Translations under genes and position numbers: made by a program
In this document: piece after piece, positions 28,099 to 37,489 of the stretch
Numbering within the stretch: position 1 is the first letter of the stretch
How the letters are laid out: every line of letters starts with the position of its first letter
From: Kiritimatiellia bacterium
GTDB lineage: Bacteria > Verrucomicrobiota > Kiritimatiellia > JAAZAB01
Reading direction: 5' to 3'
Assembly: GCA_040767085.1 (NCBI GenBank)
Contig: JAXGPF010000003.1
Location: forward strand, 32,001-96,000
DNA: 64,000 bases
The notes under the pieces: generated by a model
What the model was told of the DNA's origin: nothing
Database searches by the model: none
What the model saw: only the letters and a program-made list of their open reading frames with translations

Positions 28099-30174
28099 CT
28101 ATTTCCCGGGCTTTACCAGATGTCGCAGGTCCAGCCCGAAATGCCCCGCCGCGCTGATTTTTTCGACCACCGCCTCGTCCACCAGCGGCGAATGCGGCGC
28201 TGTGCCGGCCGGCAGCACTTTAAACGCGCGCAATTCCCGGCGGTACAGTTCGTCCCGGGTCTGGCAGCTTTGCAGCGCCGCCGAAGGCAGCAGGGCGTAG
28301 CGGTCATCCACCTCAAATCGCGCCGGCTTGGCTTCCGGCGGGAACAGCAGCACCGATTTGCGCCGGCGGTCGAACAAACCATAGGTCGCCCGGAGGATTT
28401 TACCGGCAGCGGCCGGGTCCAGCCGGTAACGCTGAGCAGGGCCCACGCCGGCGAAAACATAGAGGCAAAAACCGGCCAGGTAGCCGCACATTTCCTGCAG
28501 GATGGTCATGAGCGATGGCGCGCGCACATGGATGAAATGCGGAAATTCCGTGCAGACAATGGGTTTGTCCGGATACAGCCTCCGCAGCCGGGCCAGTTCA
28601 TGGTTCCAGAAATTAATGTCTTTGTGATAGCTGTTGATGCTGATGACATCGTCATATCTGAAATCATCCGCCCCCAGTTCGGAATGCCACTCCGCCGAAA
28701 CGTGCGTGGCTAAACGCGATGGGTCCAGGCGCCGCGCCAGTTTCAAGGCCGCCTGAATTGTCGGCAGCACGCCCGGCTTGCCGGGCCGGCATTCGTTGCT
28801 GACGGACCAGCAGATCACGCTGGGATGATTCATGTCGCGCAAGATCATTTTCCGGAGCTGGCGCGTGGTATGGCGGCGGATGCCGCGGATATGGCGTTCG
28901 TCAATCCTGTATTTGCCCCAGAATTTACAGGCGCAATCATTCTGCCACCAATGCAGGTTGTTCTCCACCGAACACAACATTCCCATTTCGTCCAAGACAT
29001 CCAATTCCGGGGCGATGCGCGGGAAATGCCCCAGCCGCACGAAATTACAGCCCAACCCTTTGATCAATTTCAAGTCCCGGATCAAGGCTTCCCGGTGCGG
29101 ACACAGTTCCGGCTCGAACCGGGGATCATCCGGATAATACAGGCGATTATCGGTCAAAGTATTCGCCTTGACTGATGCCACCGCATATTCCCCGCTGTCG
29201 CCCGGGAAAAAACCGTAATCGTTATGCAGGGTGATGCCCTTGATGAAAAACTCCCGGCCGTTCAAATAGATGCGCTTGTTCCGGATTTCCAGGCGCCGGA
29301 ATCCGAAACGCTCCCCGAGCCGGTCCACCCGGCGCCCGGCCACCCGCAAATCCACTTCCGCATGGTAAAGACGCGGCGCTTGCGGACTCCAGGGCCGGAC
29401 GGCGTCAACCACACCCCGCAGCATGACCTGCGCGGCTTTGCCGCCCGCGACCGCGGATTTGCCGGACAAAAACTTCCCATAAGATTTTCCCTGCGCGTCC
29501 TTGATGGTCACGGCCACGGAAAATTCGGCGCGTTCCGCGGCGGTATTGATTACGCTCGCTTTCAGGGCGAAACGCCCGCCGCCTTGGCAAGGCTCCGCGC
29601 GCAGGAAACGCGCGCCTTCCAGATAGGTCCGGTGCGTGGCGATCAAGGTCACATCTCCCGGGATCCCCCCGCTGAGGTAATAACCCAGGCCCTTGCCCGG
29701 AGCGCGGTCGTCCGGCCTTTCACGGTTATCCGTGCTGATGATAATGGTGTTTTCCGCCCCCATTTTAAGCCAGGGGTCTACACGCAAATCCATTCGCGCA
29801 AGCCCATCATATGTGGTTGCGACCAGATGGTCATTCACCCAGATCCGGCACAGAAAATTCAGCGCCTCAAACCGGATGAACACATGCCGGCCGCGCCAGG
29901 CCGCGGGCACGGCAAACGCGCGCCGGAACCATGCCACGCCCACATACCGGCGCATATCCGGCCCGCAATGGCTGTAACAACACGGCACGGACACCTTGCG
30001 CCACATCCGCGCGCCGTAGCCGGAGCCGACCCGGTCCATGAACTCGAACGCCGCCCGGTGGTATCCCAGTTGCCGGCCTTGATCCGCGGCGTCCGGCATA
30101 CAGCGCCAGGCGCCATTTAACGGGATTATTGCCCGCGGCGCCGGCGGCAGATCGAAACAATAATTTCCTTGCAT
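28099..30174 (-). CDS. GH2 glycoside hydrolase (beta-glucuronidase/galactosidase-like)
   Basis: LNG.W, AWFRR.F, FGFRRLEI...YLNG..FIKG, NFVRLGHFP, NHPSVICWSVSNE (acid/base), PIVCTEF (nucleophile). Confidence 0.88.
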   Translation of the reverse strand: MQGNYCFDLPPAPRAIIPLNGAWRCMPDAADQGRQLGYHRAAFEFMDRVGSGYGARMWRKVSVPCCYSHCGPDMRRYVGVAWFRRAFAVPAAWRGRHVFIRFEALNFLCRIWVNDHLVATTYDGLARMDLRVDPWLKMGAENTIIISTDNRERPDDRAPGKGLGYYLSGGIPGDVTLIATHRTYLEGARFLRAEPCQGGGRFALKASVINTAAERAEFSVAVTIKDAQGKSYGKFLSGKSAVAGGKAAQVMLRGVVDAVRPWSPQAPRLYHAEVDLRVAGRRVDRLGERFGFRRLEIRNKRIYLNGREFFIKGITLHNDYGFFPGDSGEYAVASVKANTLTDNRLYYPDDPRFEPELCPHREALIRDLKLIKGLGCNFVRLGHFPRIAPELDVLDEMGMLCSVENNLHWWQNDCACKFWGKYRIDERHIRGIRRHTTRQLRKMILRDMNHPSVICWSVSNECRPGKPGVLPTIQAALKLARRLDPSRLATHVSAEWHSELGADDFRYDDVISINSYHKDINFWNHELARLRRLYPDKPIVCTEFPHFIHVRAPSLMTILQEMCGYLAGFCLYVFAGVGPAQRYRLDPAAAGKILRATYGLFDRRRKSVLLFPPEAKPARFEVDDRYALLPSAALQSCQTRDELYRRELRAFKVLPAGTAPHSPLVDEAVVEKISAAGHFGLDLRHLVKPGK

Positions 30175-30208
30175 ACCGGCATTATCCAAAGCTATGCGGA
30201 TTTAGCAA

Positions 30209-30237
30209 TTGTAAACTCGGTCAAAAGCGATTATAAT
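30209..30237 (+). promoter_or_regulatory. putative sigma70 promoter, originally for araC
   Basis: TTGTAA (30209-30214)-N17-TATAAT (30232-30237), pointing toward the AraC gene. The ISL3 starts 7 bp downstream. Confidence 0.6.
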
Positions 30238-30519
30238 ATTTATGGCTCCTAACCAGAATTTGTGGGTAAAAAACAGGTTTTAAAGTTTAAGAAGTTCTCC
30301 AAGCAATGGCGCCAAAAGATGGTGGAGTTATTAACAGCCTGCCGCTTTGGGCGTTTGGCGGCCCCGCAGCAGCCTGATTAATAACTCCTGATTGGCGCGA
30401 TGGCGGAACGGAGATAAAGCGGCGGCAAAAAAATAGGCTGGCCTTTCCGTAATCCATTGCGTATGCAATGGGTGAACACAAAAAAAGGAGGACCAGCCCA
30501 AGGTGAAACTTAAAACAAT

Positions 30520-32053
30520 GGCTCCTAACCAGAATTTGTGGGTAAAAAACAGGTTTTAAAGTTTAAGAAGTTCTCCAAGCAATGGCGCCAAAAGATGGTG
30601 GAGTTATTAACAGCCTGCCGCTTTGGGCGTTTGGCGGCCCCGCAGCAGCCTGATTAATAACTCCTGATTGGCGCGATGGCGGAACGGAGATAAAGCGGCG
30701 GCAAAAAAATAGGCTGGCCTTTCCGTAATCCATTGCGTATGCAATGGGTGAACACAAAAAAAGGAGGACCAGCCCAAGGTGAAACTTAAAACAATTTTGA
30801 ATCGTTTGCAACCTTTGAAACGTTTTATTTATCAGGAAACTTGTATGGTTTTGGATCGTCGCGGCCAATGGAAAGTGGATATAAGCATTCGTCCGCATCG
30901 CCAACGCGCGGCATGCTGCTCGCGTTGCGGGCGACCGCTGGCGACATACGACACTCTGCCTGAACGGATATGGGCGTTTGTGCCCATTTTGAATGTGCCG
31001 GCTTTTTTGCATTATAGTCCGCGCCGGGTAAATTGCCCCGAACATGGCGTGGTGGTGGAAGCGCTGCCTTGGAGCGATGGCAAACGACCCTACAGCAAGG
31101 CGCTGATGCTTTTTTTGGGGAACTGGGCGCGGAGGTTGTCCTGGAAAGAGACGGCGCTGATTTTCAAAGTCAGTTGGCAGGCGGTTTATCGGTCGGTCGA
31201 GTGGATGGTGGAATGGGGCTTGGCGCACCGGGAATTGGCCAATATAACGGCGATTGGTGTTGATGAACTCCACGTAGGCAACGGTAAAAAGAGCAAGAAC
31301 TATCTGACCTTGATCTATCAGATTGATGCGCAATGCCGCCGATTGCTCTGGGTCGGCCAAACCCGCCGGGCGGCCGCGCTGCGTAAAGGGTTGCAATCTT
31401 TGGGAAAACCCGTGCTGGCCGGCATTCGACATATATGTAGCGATATGTGGCGACCTTATCTGAAAGTCATTGCTGCGAGCCTCAGCCACGGTTGCCACAT
31501 GATTGACCGCTTCCATGTCGTGCAAACCTTGAATGCCGCCGTGGACGAGGTCCGGCGCCGGGATATGGCGGCGATGACAGCGCGTCCGGCGGCCAAGCAA
31601 AAACTCAAGAAAATGCGCTGGACCTTGCTGCGCCGCAAAACCCGCGTGCGCGGCAAAGCTCGCGAAATGCTTGATCGGATATTGGGCACAAGACTGCAAA
31701 CCGGCCGCGCCTATTTGTTCAAGGAAAGCTTTCAGCATTTTTGGAGCTATCACAGCCCAACCTGGGCGCGTAATTATCTCCAGGCATGGGTCAAGCGCGC
31801 CTGTCGTAGCCGCATTGCGCCAATCATTAAGGCGGCTAAAACCATTGCTAAACACGAGGAGCTGCTTTTGAACTGGATCAGAGCCAGAAACGAGGTTTTT
31901 ACTGGCGCAACCGAGGGCTTGAACAATAAAGCTCGAGTGGTTACCAAACGATCTTATGGCTTCAGAACTTTTCATGGCGCGGAAATGGCGCTATATCATA
32001 CCCTTGGGCAATTGCCCGAACCGGTAATCACCCACAAATTCTGGTGAGGAAAC
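30520..32053 (+). mobile_element. ISL3-family insertion sequence, nested inner copy (1534 bp)
   Basis: Same terminal IRs. TSD AAAACAAT (30512-30519 / 32054-32061) lies in the first codons of the outer transposase. Confidence 0.95.
30779..32047 (+). CDS. ISL3 family transposase (intact)
   Basis: GTG start after AGGAGG. Zinc finger CSRC...CPEH and DDE motifs IGVDE, ICSDMW, IDRFH, TEGLN. Stop lies inside IRR. Confidence 0.95.
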   Translation: MKLKTILNRLQPLKRFIYQETCMVLDRRGQWKVDISIRPHRQRAACCSRCGRPLATYDTLPERIWAFVPILNVPAFLHYSPRRVNCPEHGVVVEALPWSDGKRPYSKALMLFLGNWARRLSWKETALIFKVSWQAVYRSVEWMVEWGLAHRELANITAIGVDELHVGNGKKSKNYLTLIYQIDAQCRRLLWVGQTRRAAALRKGLQSLGKPVLAGIRHICSDMWRPYLKVIAASLSHGCHMIDRFHVVQTLNAAVDEVRRRDMAAMTARPAAKQKLKKMRWTLLRRKTRVRGKAREMLDRILGTRLQTGRAYLFKESFQHFWSYHSPTWARNYLQAWVKRACRSRIAPIIKAAKTIAKHEELLLNWIRARNEVFTGATEGLNNKARVVTKRSYGFRTFHGAEMALYHTLGQLPEPVITHKFW

Positions 32054-32062
32054 AAAACAATT

Positions 32063-33313
32063 TTGAATCGTTTGCAACCTTTGAAACGTTTTATTTATCA
32101 GGAAACTTGTATGGTTTTGGATCGTCGCGGCCAATGGAAAGTGGATATAAGCATTCGTCCGCATCGCCAACGCGCGGCATGCTGCTCGCGTTGCGGGCGA
32201 CCGCTGGCGACATACGACACTCTGCCTGAACGGATATGGGCGTTTGTGCCCATTTTGAATGTGCCGGCTTTTTTGCATTATAGTCCGCGCCGGGTAAATT
32301 GCCCCGAACATGGCGTGGTGGTGGAAGCGCTGCCTTGGAGCGATGGCAAACGACCCTACAGCAAGGCGCTGATGCTTTTTTTGGGGAACTGGGCGCGGAG
32401 GTTGTCCTGGAAAGAGACGGCGCTGATTTTCAAAGTCAGTTGGCAGGCGGTTTATCGGTCGGTCGAGTGGATGGTGGAATGGGGCTTGGCGCACCGGGAA
32501 TTGGCCAATATAACGGCGATTGGTGTTGATGAACTCCACGTAGGCAACGGTAAAAAGAGCAAGAACTATCTGACCTTGATCTATCAGATTGATGCGCAAT
32601 GCCGCCGATTGCTCTGGGTCGGCCAAACCCGCCGGGCGGCCGCGCTGCGTAAAGGGTTGCAATCTTTGGGAAAACCCGTGCTGGCCGGCATTCGACATAT
32701 ATGTAGCGATATGTGGCGACCTTATCTGAAAGTCATTGCTGCGAGCCTCAGCCACGGTTGCCACATGATTGACCGCTTCCATGTCGTGCAAACCTTGAAT
32801 GCCGCCGTGGACGAGGTCCGGCGCCGGGATATGGCGGCGATGACAGCGCGTCCGGCGGCCAAGCAAAAACTCAAGAAAATGCGCTGGACCTTGCTGCGCC
32901 GCAAAACCCGCGTGCGCGGCAAAGCTCGCGAAATGCTTGATCGGATATTGGGCACAAGACTGCAAACCGGCCGCGCCTATTTGTTCAAGGAAAGCTTTCA
33001 GCATTTTTGGAGCTATCACAGCCCAACCTGGGCGCGTAATTATCTCCAGGCATGGGTCAAGCGCGCCTGTCGTAGCCGCATTGCGCCAATCATTAAGGCG
33101 GCTAAAACCATTGCTAAACACGAGGAGCTGCTTTTGAACTGGATCAGAGCCAGAAACGAGGTTTTTACTGGCGCAACCGAGGGCTTGAACAATAAAGCTC
33201 GAGTGGTTACCAAACGATCTTATGGCTTCAGAACTTTTCATGGCGCGGAAATGGCGCTATATCATACCCTTGGGCAATTGCCCGAACCGGTAATCACCCA
33301 CAAATTCTGGTGA
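32063..33313 (+). pseudogene. ISL3 transposase of the outer copy, 5' end separated by the nested insertion
   Basis: Identical protein lacking MKLKTI. Those first codons lie at 30503-30519. Confidence 0.85.
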
Positions 33314-33365
33314 GGAAACATATTTATGTTTTTGATTAAATACGCGGATAGGTGTCCCGGCCTAA

Positions 33366-34283
33366 ATGCCATCGACGACCATGAAGCATTCCGGCATGAC
33401 AGCGCAAGAGCGGCAGGTATGGGCGCGGCTGGCGCGCGAACCGCAGGAAAATTATTACGACGGCTTGCGAACCTTTAACCTGCCCCGCCCCGACAATATA
33501 ATTTTGTTCGGCCGCGGCAGCCACAGGCAATCTTATTACGCCGTGCACCATCGGCATGTCCTGGTTTTCAATCTCGGCATGGATGGCGCCTTCTACATCA
33601 ACCACGAACTGGTGCCGTTCCCGGAAAACTCCCTGCTATTGATCTGCCCGTTTCAATACCATTACGTTGAGTCCTCCGCCCGGAAACTCGCATGGCTATA
33701 CATCACCTTCGAAATGCCGGAGAATCCATCCCTGGCCGGAATGCACGCTCAACCGCGCCGGATAACCGGCCCGATCCGGCAACGGATGCTCGATTGCCTG
33801 GTAACTTATTTTGCGCGGCGGCCGGACACCGAGCGGGCCAACGAACTGGCCTTGCGCCTGGGATTGCTGCTCAATATCCTGCCGCATGCGCCGGCCGTTT
33901 GCCGGCCCAACCGCCTGGCCGGCCGGCGCGTGATAACGCTTCATCACTATCAACACAGCCAGATGATCAGCAAACTGAACCAGTACATCCTGGCGCATTT
34001 TTCCGGCAGGTTGACGGCGCCGACATTAGCCGCAGCGGTGGGATTCTCGGCCAGCCACCTGCGGCTGGTATTCCGCCGGCAGATGCATATCAGTCTGGGC
34101 CGCTACATCCGTCTGGTCCGCATCCAACACGCCACGGAAATGCTCAAAAACAGCACACAAAGCATCAAGGAAATCGCCGCGGCCGCTGGTTTTACATCCC
34201 TGTCATCGTTCGATCAGACTTTCCGCCGCGAAATCAAAACCACACCGGCGGCATATCGCGCGCAAGGCCGGCGCAATCAATGA
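33366..34283 (+). CDS. AraC family transcriptional regulator
   Basis: Cupin-like N-terminus (PFQYHY). C-terminal double HTH: LAAAVGFSASHL...SIKEIAAAAGF.S.S.F...FRR....TP..YR. Confidence 0.9.
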   Translation: MPSTTMKHSGMTAQERQVWARLAREPQENYYDGLRTFNLPRPDNIILFGRGSHRQSYYAVHHRHVLVFNLGMDGAFYINHELVPFPENSLLLICPFQYHYVESSARKLAWLYITFEMPENPSLAGMHAQPRRITGPIRQRMLDCLVTYFARRPDTERANELALRLGLLLNILPHAPAVCRPNRLAGRRVITLHHYQHSQMISKLNQYILAHFSGRLTAPTLAAAVGFSASHLRLVFRRQMHISLGRYIRLVRIQHATEMLKNSTQSIKEIAAAAGFTSLSSFDQTFRREIKTTPAAYRAQGRRNQ

Positions 34284-34454
34284 GCGCGCCCAGGATTGTT
34301 TCCGCGAATTACCACAGGCTGCCGCACCCGGAACATGACGCGCTGAAGATTGACCACCGTTTCAACCGGCCGGTCGTTCCAGCATAAGATTTTCTTGTAT
34401 ATACACTGCCTGCTGGGATTCCCGCAAAAACACATTTCGCGACTCAGGCTTCGT

Positions 34455-34715
34455 GCCCGGCAGGGCGGCCTCGCCAACAATCGCGCCCTGGCTGGTGTTG
34501 ACCAGGATGGCGCCCGGCGGCATGCGGACGAATGCCGAAGCGCCGATCATGCCCCTGGTCGTATCATCCAGATGCACATGCACGGAAATCACGTCCGCTG
34601 CGCGCAAGACGGCCTCGAAATCCACCATGGCCACGCCGGCGGGCGGGACTACCGGGCGGACATCGCAGGCCAGCACGCGCATGCGGAATGCCAGGCCGTA
34701 TTCCGCCACAATGAC
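34455..34715 (-). pseudogene. fragment of a D-isomer-specific 2-hydroxyacid dehydrogenase NAD-binding domain
   Basis: AF.MRVLACD, ADVISVHVHL...TRGMIG, GAILVNTSQGAIV.E.AL motifs. The GxGxxG start and the C-terminal catalytic part are missing. Boundaries approximate. Confidence 0.7.
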
Positions 34716-34783
34716 GCTCATCCGGCTCCGTGGTGAAAATATCCGCGGCCCACCTATCTCATCATCTTGCAATTGGCATACAA

Positions 34784-37489
34784 TCATGGCCGCCAGCATA
34801 ACCGCACCGGACCGGACAATCCGCTCGGCAGACTGTCTTCTTCGAATATGCGCTGGCGTTCGTCATACGGAAATTTTATATCCGGCCATTCCCGGCCGCA
34901 GCGCTCCCGCCATTTTTCCCGCACGCCTTCGCGCAGGATGGCATTGGCCAGCGAATTGGTGACGGTCAGGCCAAGCACATTGCGGCCCGTCCGCAGCGCG
35001 CCGGTGACATCCACCGCAAACGGTTGCCAGATCACGGCGCCAACCGCGACGCCGTTTAACGCCACGGATGCGGCATATCGCACCTGCCCCAGATCGAGGA
35101 TATAACGCCCGGGCCGGACTTCCCGCAAATCGAATTCCACGCGGTATTCCGCATCGCCGCTGAAATCGCCGCCAAGCAGTCCGCGCCAGTCGCCCAACCT
35201 TACCGGGGCAAAATTTGCAACCGGCAAAGCGCTGATTTCAAAATTCTTTTCTCCGACCGCATACCGGCGGAGCGGCCGGATCTGCCAGCCGTCGGTCAGG
35301 TTGAGAATTTCGCCGCCGGCGCCGGGAACGCCGCCGGCAACCGGATGAAACTCATCCGGATTTTCGGTAAAAACGATCGCTTTGGACGCCCAAGGCGCGA
35401 AATGCAGGTGCAAATTCCCGGGCTCGTCATTCCGGCAGTCCAGCCGCGCAAACGAATTATCGGTTGCATCATACGACAATGCAGACGCATTTTCCGGAAA
35501 CCGGAACTCGCCGGCGACCTCGCGGTTTTCCGCATTGGCCAGGAAATAGATGCAGGCGTTGGCGCACACGCGCTTGCAGACGCGCAGGCCGGGTTGCGGC
35601 GGATTGATCCTGACCAACGGCTCGACCGATTGGAATAGCTTGTCAATCTCCTCCGCCAGCATCTGTCCCGCCGCCGGATTGACTGCCGGCCCGCCGGATG
35701 TGATTTTTCCGGCCGTCAACTGCGCCAGGGTGATCCGCCCGCCATCCGCGGCCGGCATACCCCCGGCGGCAATCAGGCGTCCGCCGCCTTCAACAAAACC
35801 GGCCAGGCATTGCAACGCTGACTTGGTCAGCCACTCGGCCTTCTGGACAATAATCGTGGAATAGGACGCCGCGCCGGCCCGCAGGCAACCCTTGTCAATA
35901 TTTTCCGGGATCAACAGGTCGTCATCCACAAAATCGAAATCGCATTGATGTTCCAGCAACTCCACGGCCACCTGGTCATGCATGGCAATGGCGCGCGCGC
36001 GATAGTCCCCGCCGGCCCAGACATCGCGGATGGGGCAATAAACCGCCGTGTTACAAGCGCTCCGGCCCCGGCTGAGCAGGTATCCAAGCCGCGCAACATA
36101 CTCATGGAAAGGCTTGAGATATTTCCAAAACGGGTTGACCGGCCCAAAAAACGGGCGGGCAAACGCCATGAAGTGATCGCGGGTGGCATAGGCGTAATGG
36201 CCGAACACAAAGATATTTACGCCCAGCGCCAGTTGTTGATCCACAATCCATTTCATTTCCGCGGGCGTCAGGCCATTGCCGTAAACCATGAACGATTCCG
36301 ACAGGACCAGGTCCGGCCCCTTTTTTTGCCGGGCCACGGATTGGGCGTATTTCGGGAAGACCGGCAGTGCGGGATTGCCGGGAAAAACCTGCCGCCAGAT
36401 GGCGTCAATCCCCGGCAAGTCCAGTTCGCGCAGCGCGCGCAAAACGTGTCCGAAGCCGCCGTCCGCATTGTAGCGCAGCTCGTCCTCGCCGCCCATGTGC
36501 CCGCCGGAAAGCAGGCCGTGCGCCCGGCACCAGTCCCGCAGCGGACGCAGGTAGCGCGCGGCAAACAGCTTGGACCAGACGTCGTAAAAATCCAGCAGGA
36601 CCCTGGTCGTGTCAATGTCGCGATTTTGCTCGAACAAGCACGGGAGATGTGGGATTAGATCATAACCCTTATCCCGCCGGAACGCCTGCGGCAGGTCCGC
36701 GGACCACGTCAACTGCCCCGGTGCGGAAACTGGCGCGGGATGGGTTCCCTCCGCGGCCGGTTCGTCCGTGAAAGCGAACTTGATGTTGCCGCCGAACCGA
36801 TCACCGACATGGCGGGCATAATTTTCATGGGTCAATTCGATAAACGTTTGCGTCGCGGCCAGGCATAACGGATCCGCCCGCGGCGGAAGGTAGGCCCGGC
36901 CGTCCCTGATCTTGAATATTCTGAGCGTCATGTCCGGCCCGGCGGCGGTGACTTCCGCGCCCGGCGCCAGGATTTGGACAATGCCGGCGGCGTTCCTGAG
37001 CGCGCCGATGAGGGCTTCCGGATCAACGCGATAATTTTTACCGGACTCAAGCTTGATTTCATCAAATCCGACGCGTTTGCGGCCAAATTCCCGCGGATTG
37101 CGCGCGTGGACCCGGCCGGCGGCGCTGCCGGAGGGCCAGGCGGCCTCGTCATACAGGTAAAAATGCATGCCTAGCGCAGCGCATTCCTCCACAATCCGGC
37201 GGATCAGCCGGAAATATTCATCGCTGAGATATGGCGGCGACATGGCATTCGCCATGGTTTCGGGGCAAAACTCGGGCGGCATCGGATGGATGCAGACGGA
37301 ACGCAGGCCGCGGGCATGCATATCGCGCAATTGTGCGAGCAGGACGCGCTCCTCCAAGGCGTCGTTCAGCGACCAGAAATACGCCGGGCTGAATTCCGGC
37401 GGCGGCTGCGTCAATGCGCCGGCCTTCAGATATCCGCCCTGCCCGCCGCCCGGCGCCATCGTTACTTCACGCGTCATAATATTTTCCAT
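34784..37489 (-). CDS. GH106-like glycoside hydrolase
   Basis: YFWSLND, YLYDEAAWPSG.A.G, FTDEP, PGIDAI, LSESF, LDLGQV...V.LNG motifs. Distant paralogue of 12362-16093. Confidence 0.78.
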   Translation of the reverse strand: MENIMTREVTMAPGGGQGGYLKAGALTQPPPEFSPAYFWSLNDALEERVLLAQLRDMHARGLRSVCIHPMPPEFCPETMANAMSPPYLSDEYFRLIRRIVEECAALGMHFYLYDEAAWPSGSAAGRVHARNPREFGRKRVGFDEIKLESGKNYRVDPEALIGALRNAAGIVQILAPGAEVTAAGPDMTLRIFKIRDGRAYLPPRADPLCLAATQTFIELTHENYARHVGDRFGGNIKFAFTDEPAAEGTHPAPVSAPGQLTWSADLPQAFRRDKGYDLIPHLPCLFEQNRDIDTTRVLLDFYDVWSKLFAARYLRPLRDWCRAHGLLSGGHMGGEDELRYNADGGFGHVLRALRELDLPGIDAIWRQVFPGNPALPVFPKYAQSVARQKKGPDLVLSESFMVYGNGLTPAEMKWIVDQQLALGVNIFVFGHYAYATRDHFMAFARPFFGPVNPFWKYLKPFHEYVARLGYLLSRGRSACNTAVYCPIRDVWAGGDYRARAIAMHDQVAVELLEHQCDFDFVDDDLLIPENIDKGCLRAGAASYSTIIVQKAEWLTKSALQCLAGFVEGGGRLIAAGGMPAADGGRITLAQLTAGKITSGGPAVNPAAGQMLAEEIDKLFQSVEPLVRINPPQPGLRVCKRVCANACIYFLANAENREVAGEFRFPENASALSYDATDNSFARLDCRNDEPGNLHLHFAPWASKAIVFTENPDEFHPVAGGVPGAGGEILNLTDGWQIRPLRRYAVGEKNFEISALPVANFAPVRLGDWRGLLGGDFSGDAEYRVEFDLREVRPGRYILDLGQVRYAASVALNGVAVGAVIWQPFAVDVTGALRTGRNVLGLTVTNSLANAILREGVREKWRERCGREWPDIKFPYDERQRIFEEDSLPSGLSGPVRLCWRP

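Larger units (their letters stand above)
30244..33319 (+). mobile_element. ISL3-family insertion sequence, outer copy (interrupted by a nested copy)
   Basis: IRL ggctcctaaccagaatttgtgggt and IRR acccacaaattctggtgaggaaac. 8-bp TSD ATATTTAT (30236-30243 / 33320-33327). Length 3076 = 2x1534+8. Confidence 0.95.

Noticed and set aside
30563-31975. 470-aa antisense ORF in ISL3 (also 31991-33241 and 53505-54917)
   Set aside because: Shadow frame of the transposase with no recognisable motifs; it recurs only because the IS recurs.
30244-33319. Tandem IS as an assembly artefact
   Set aside because: Two different exact 8-bp TSDs and consistent length arithmetic indicate true nested transposition.
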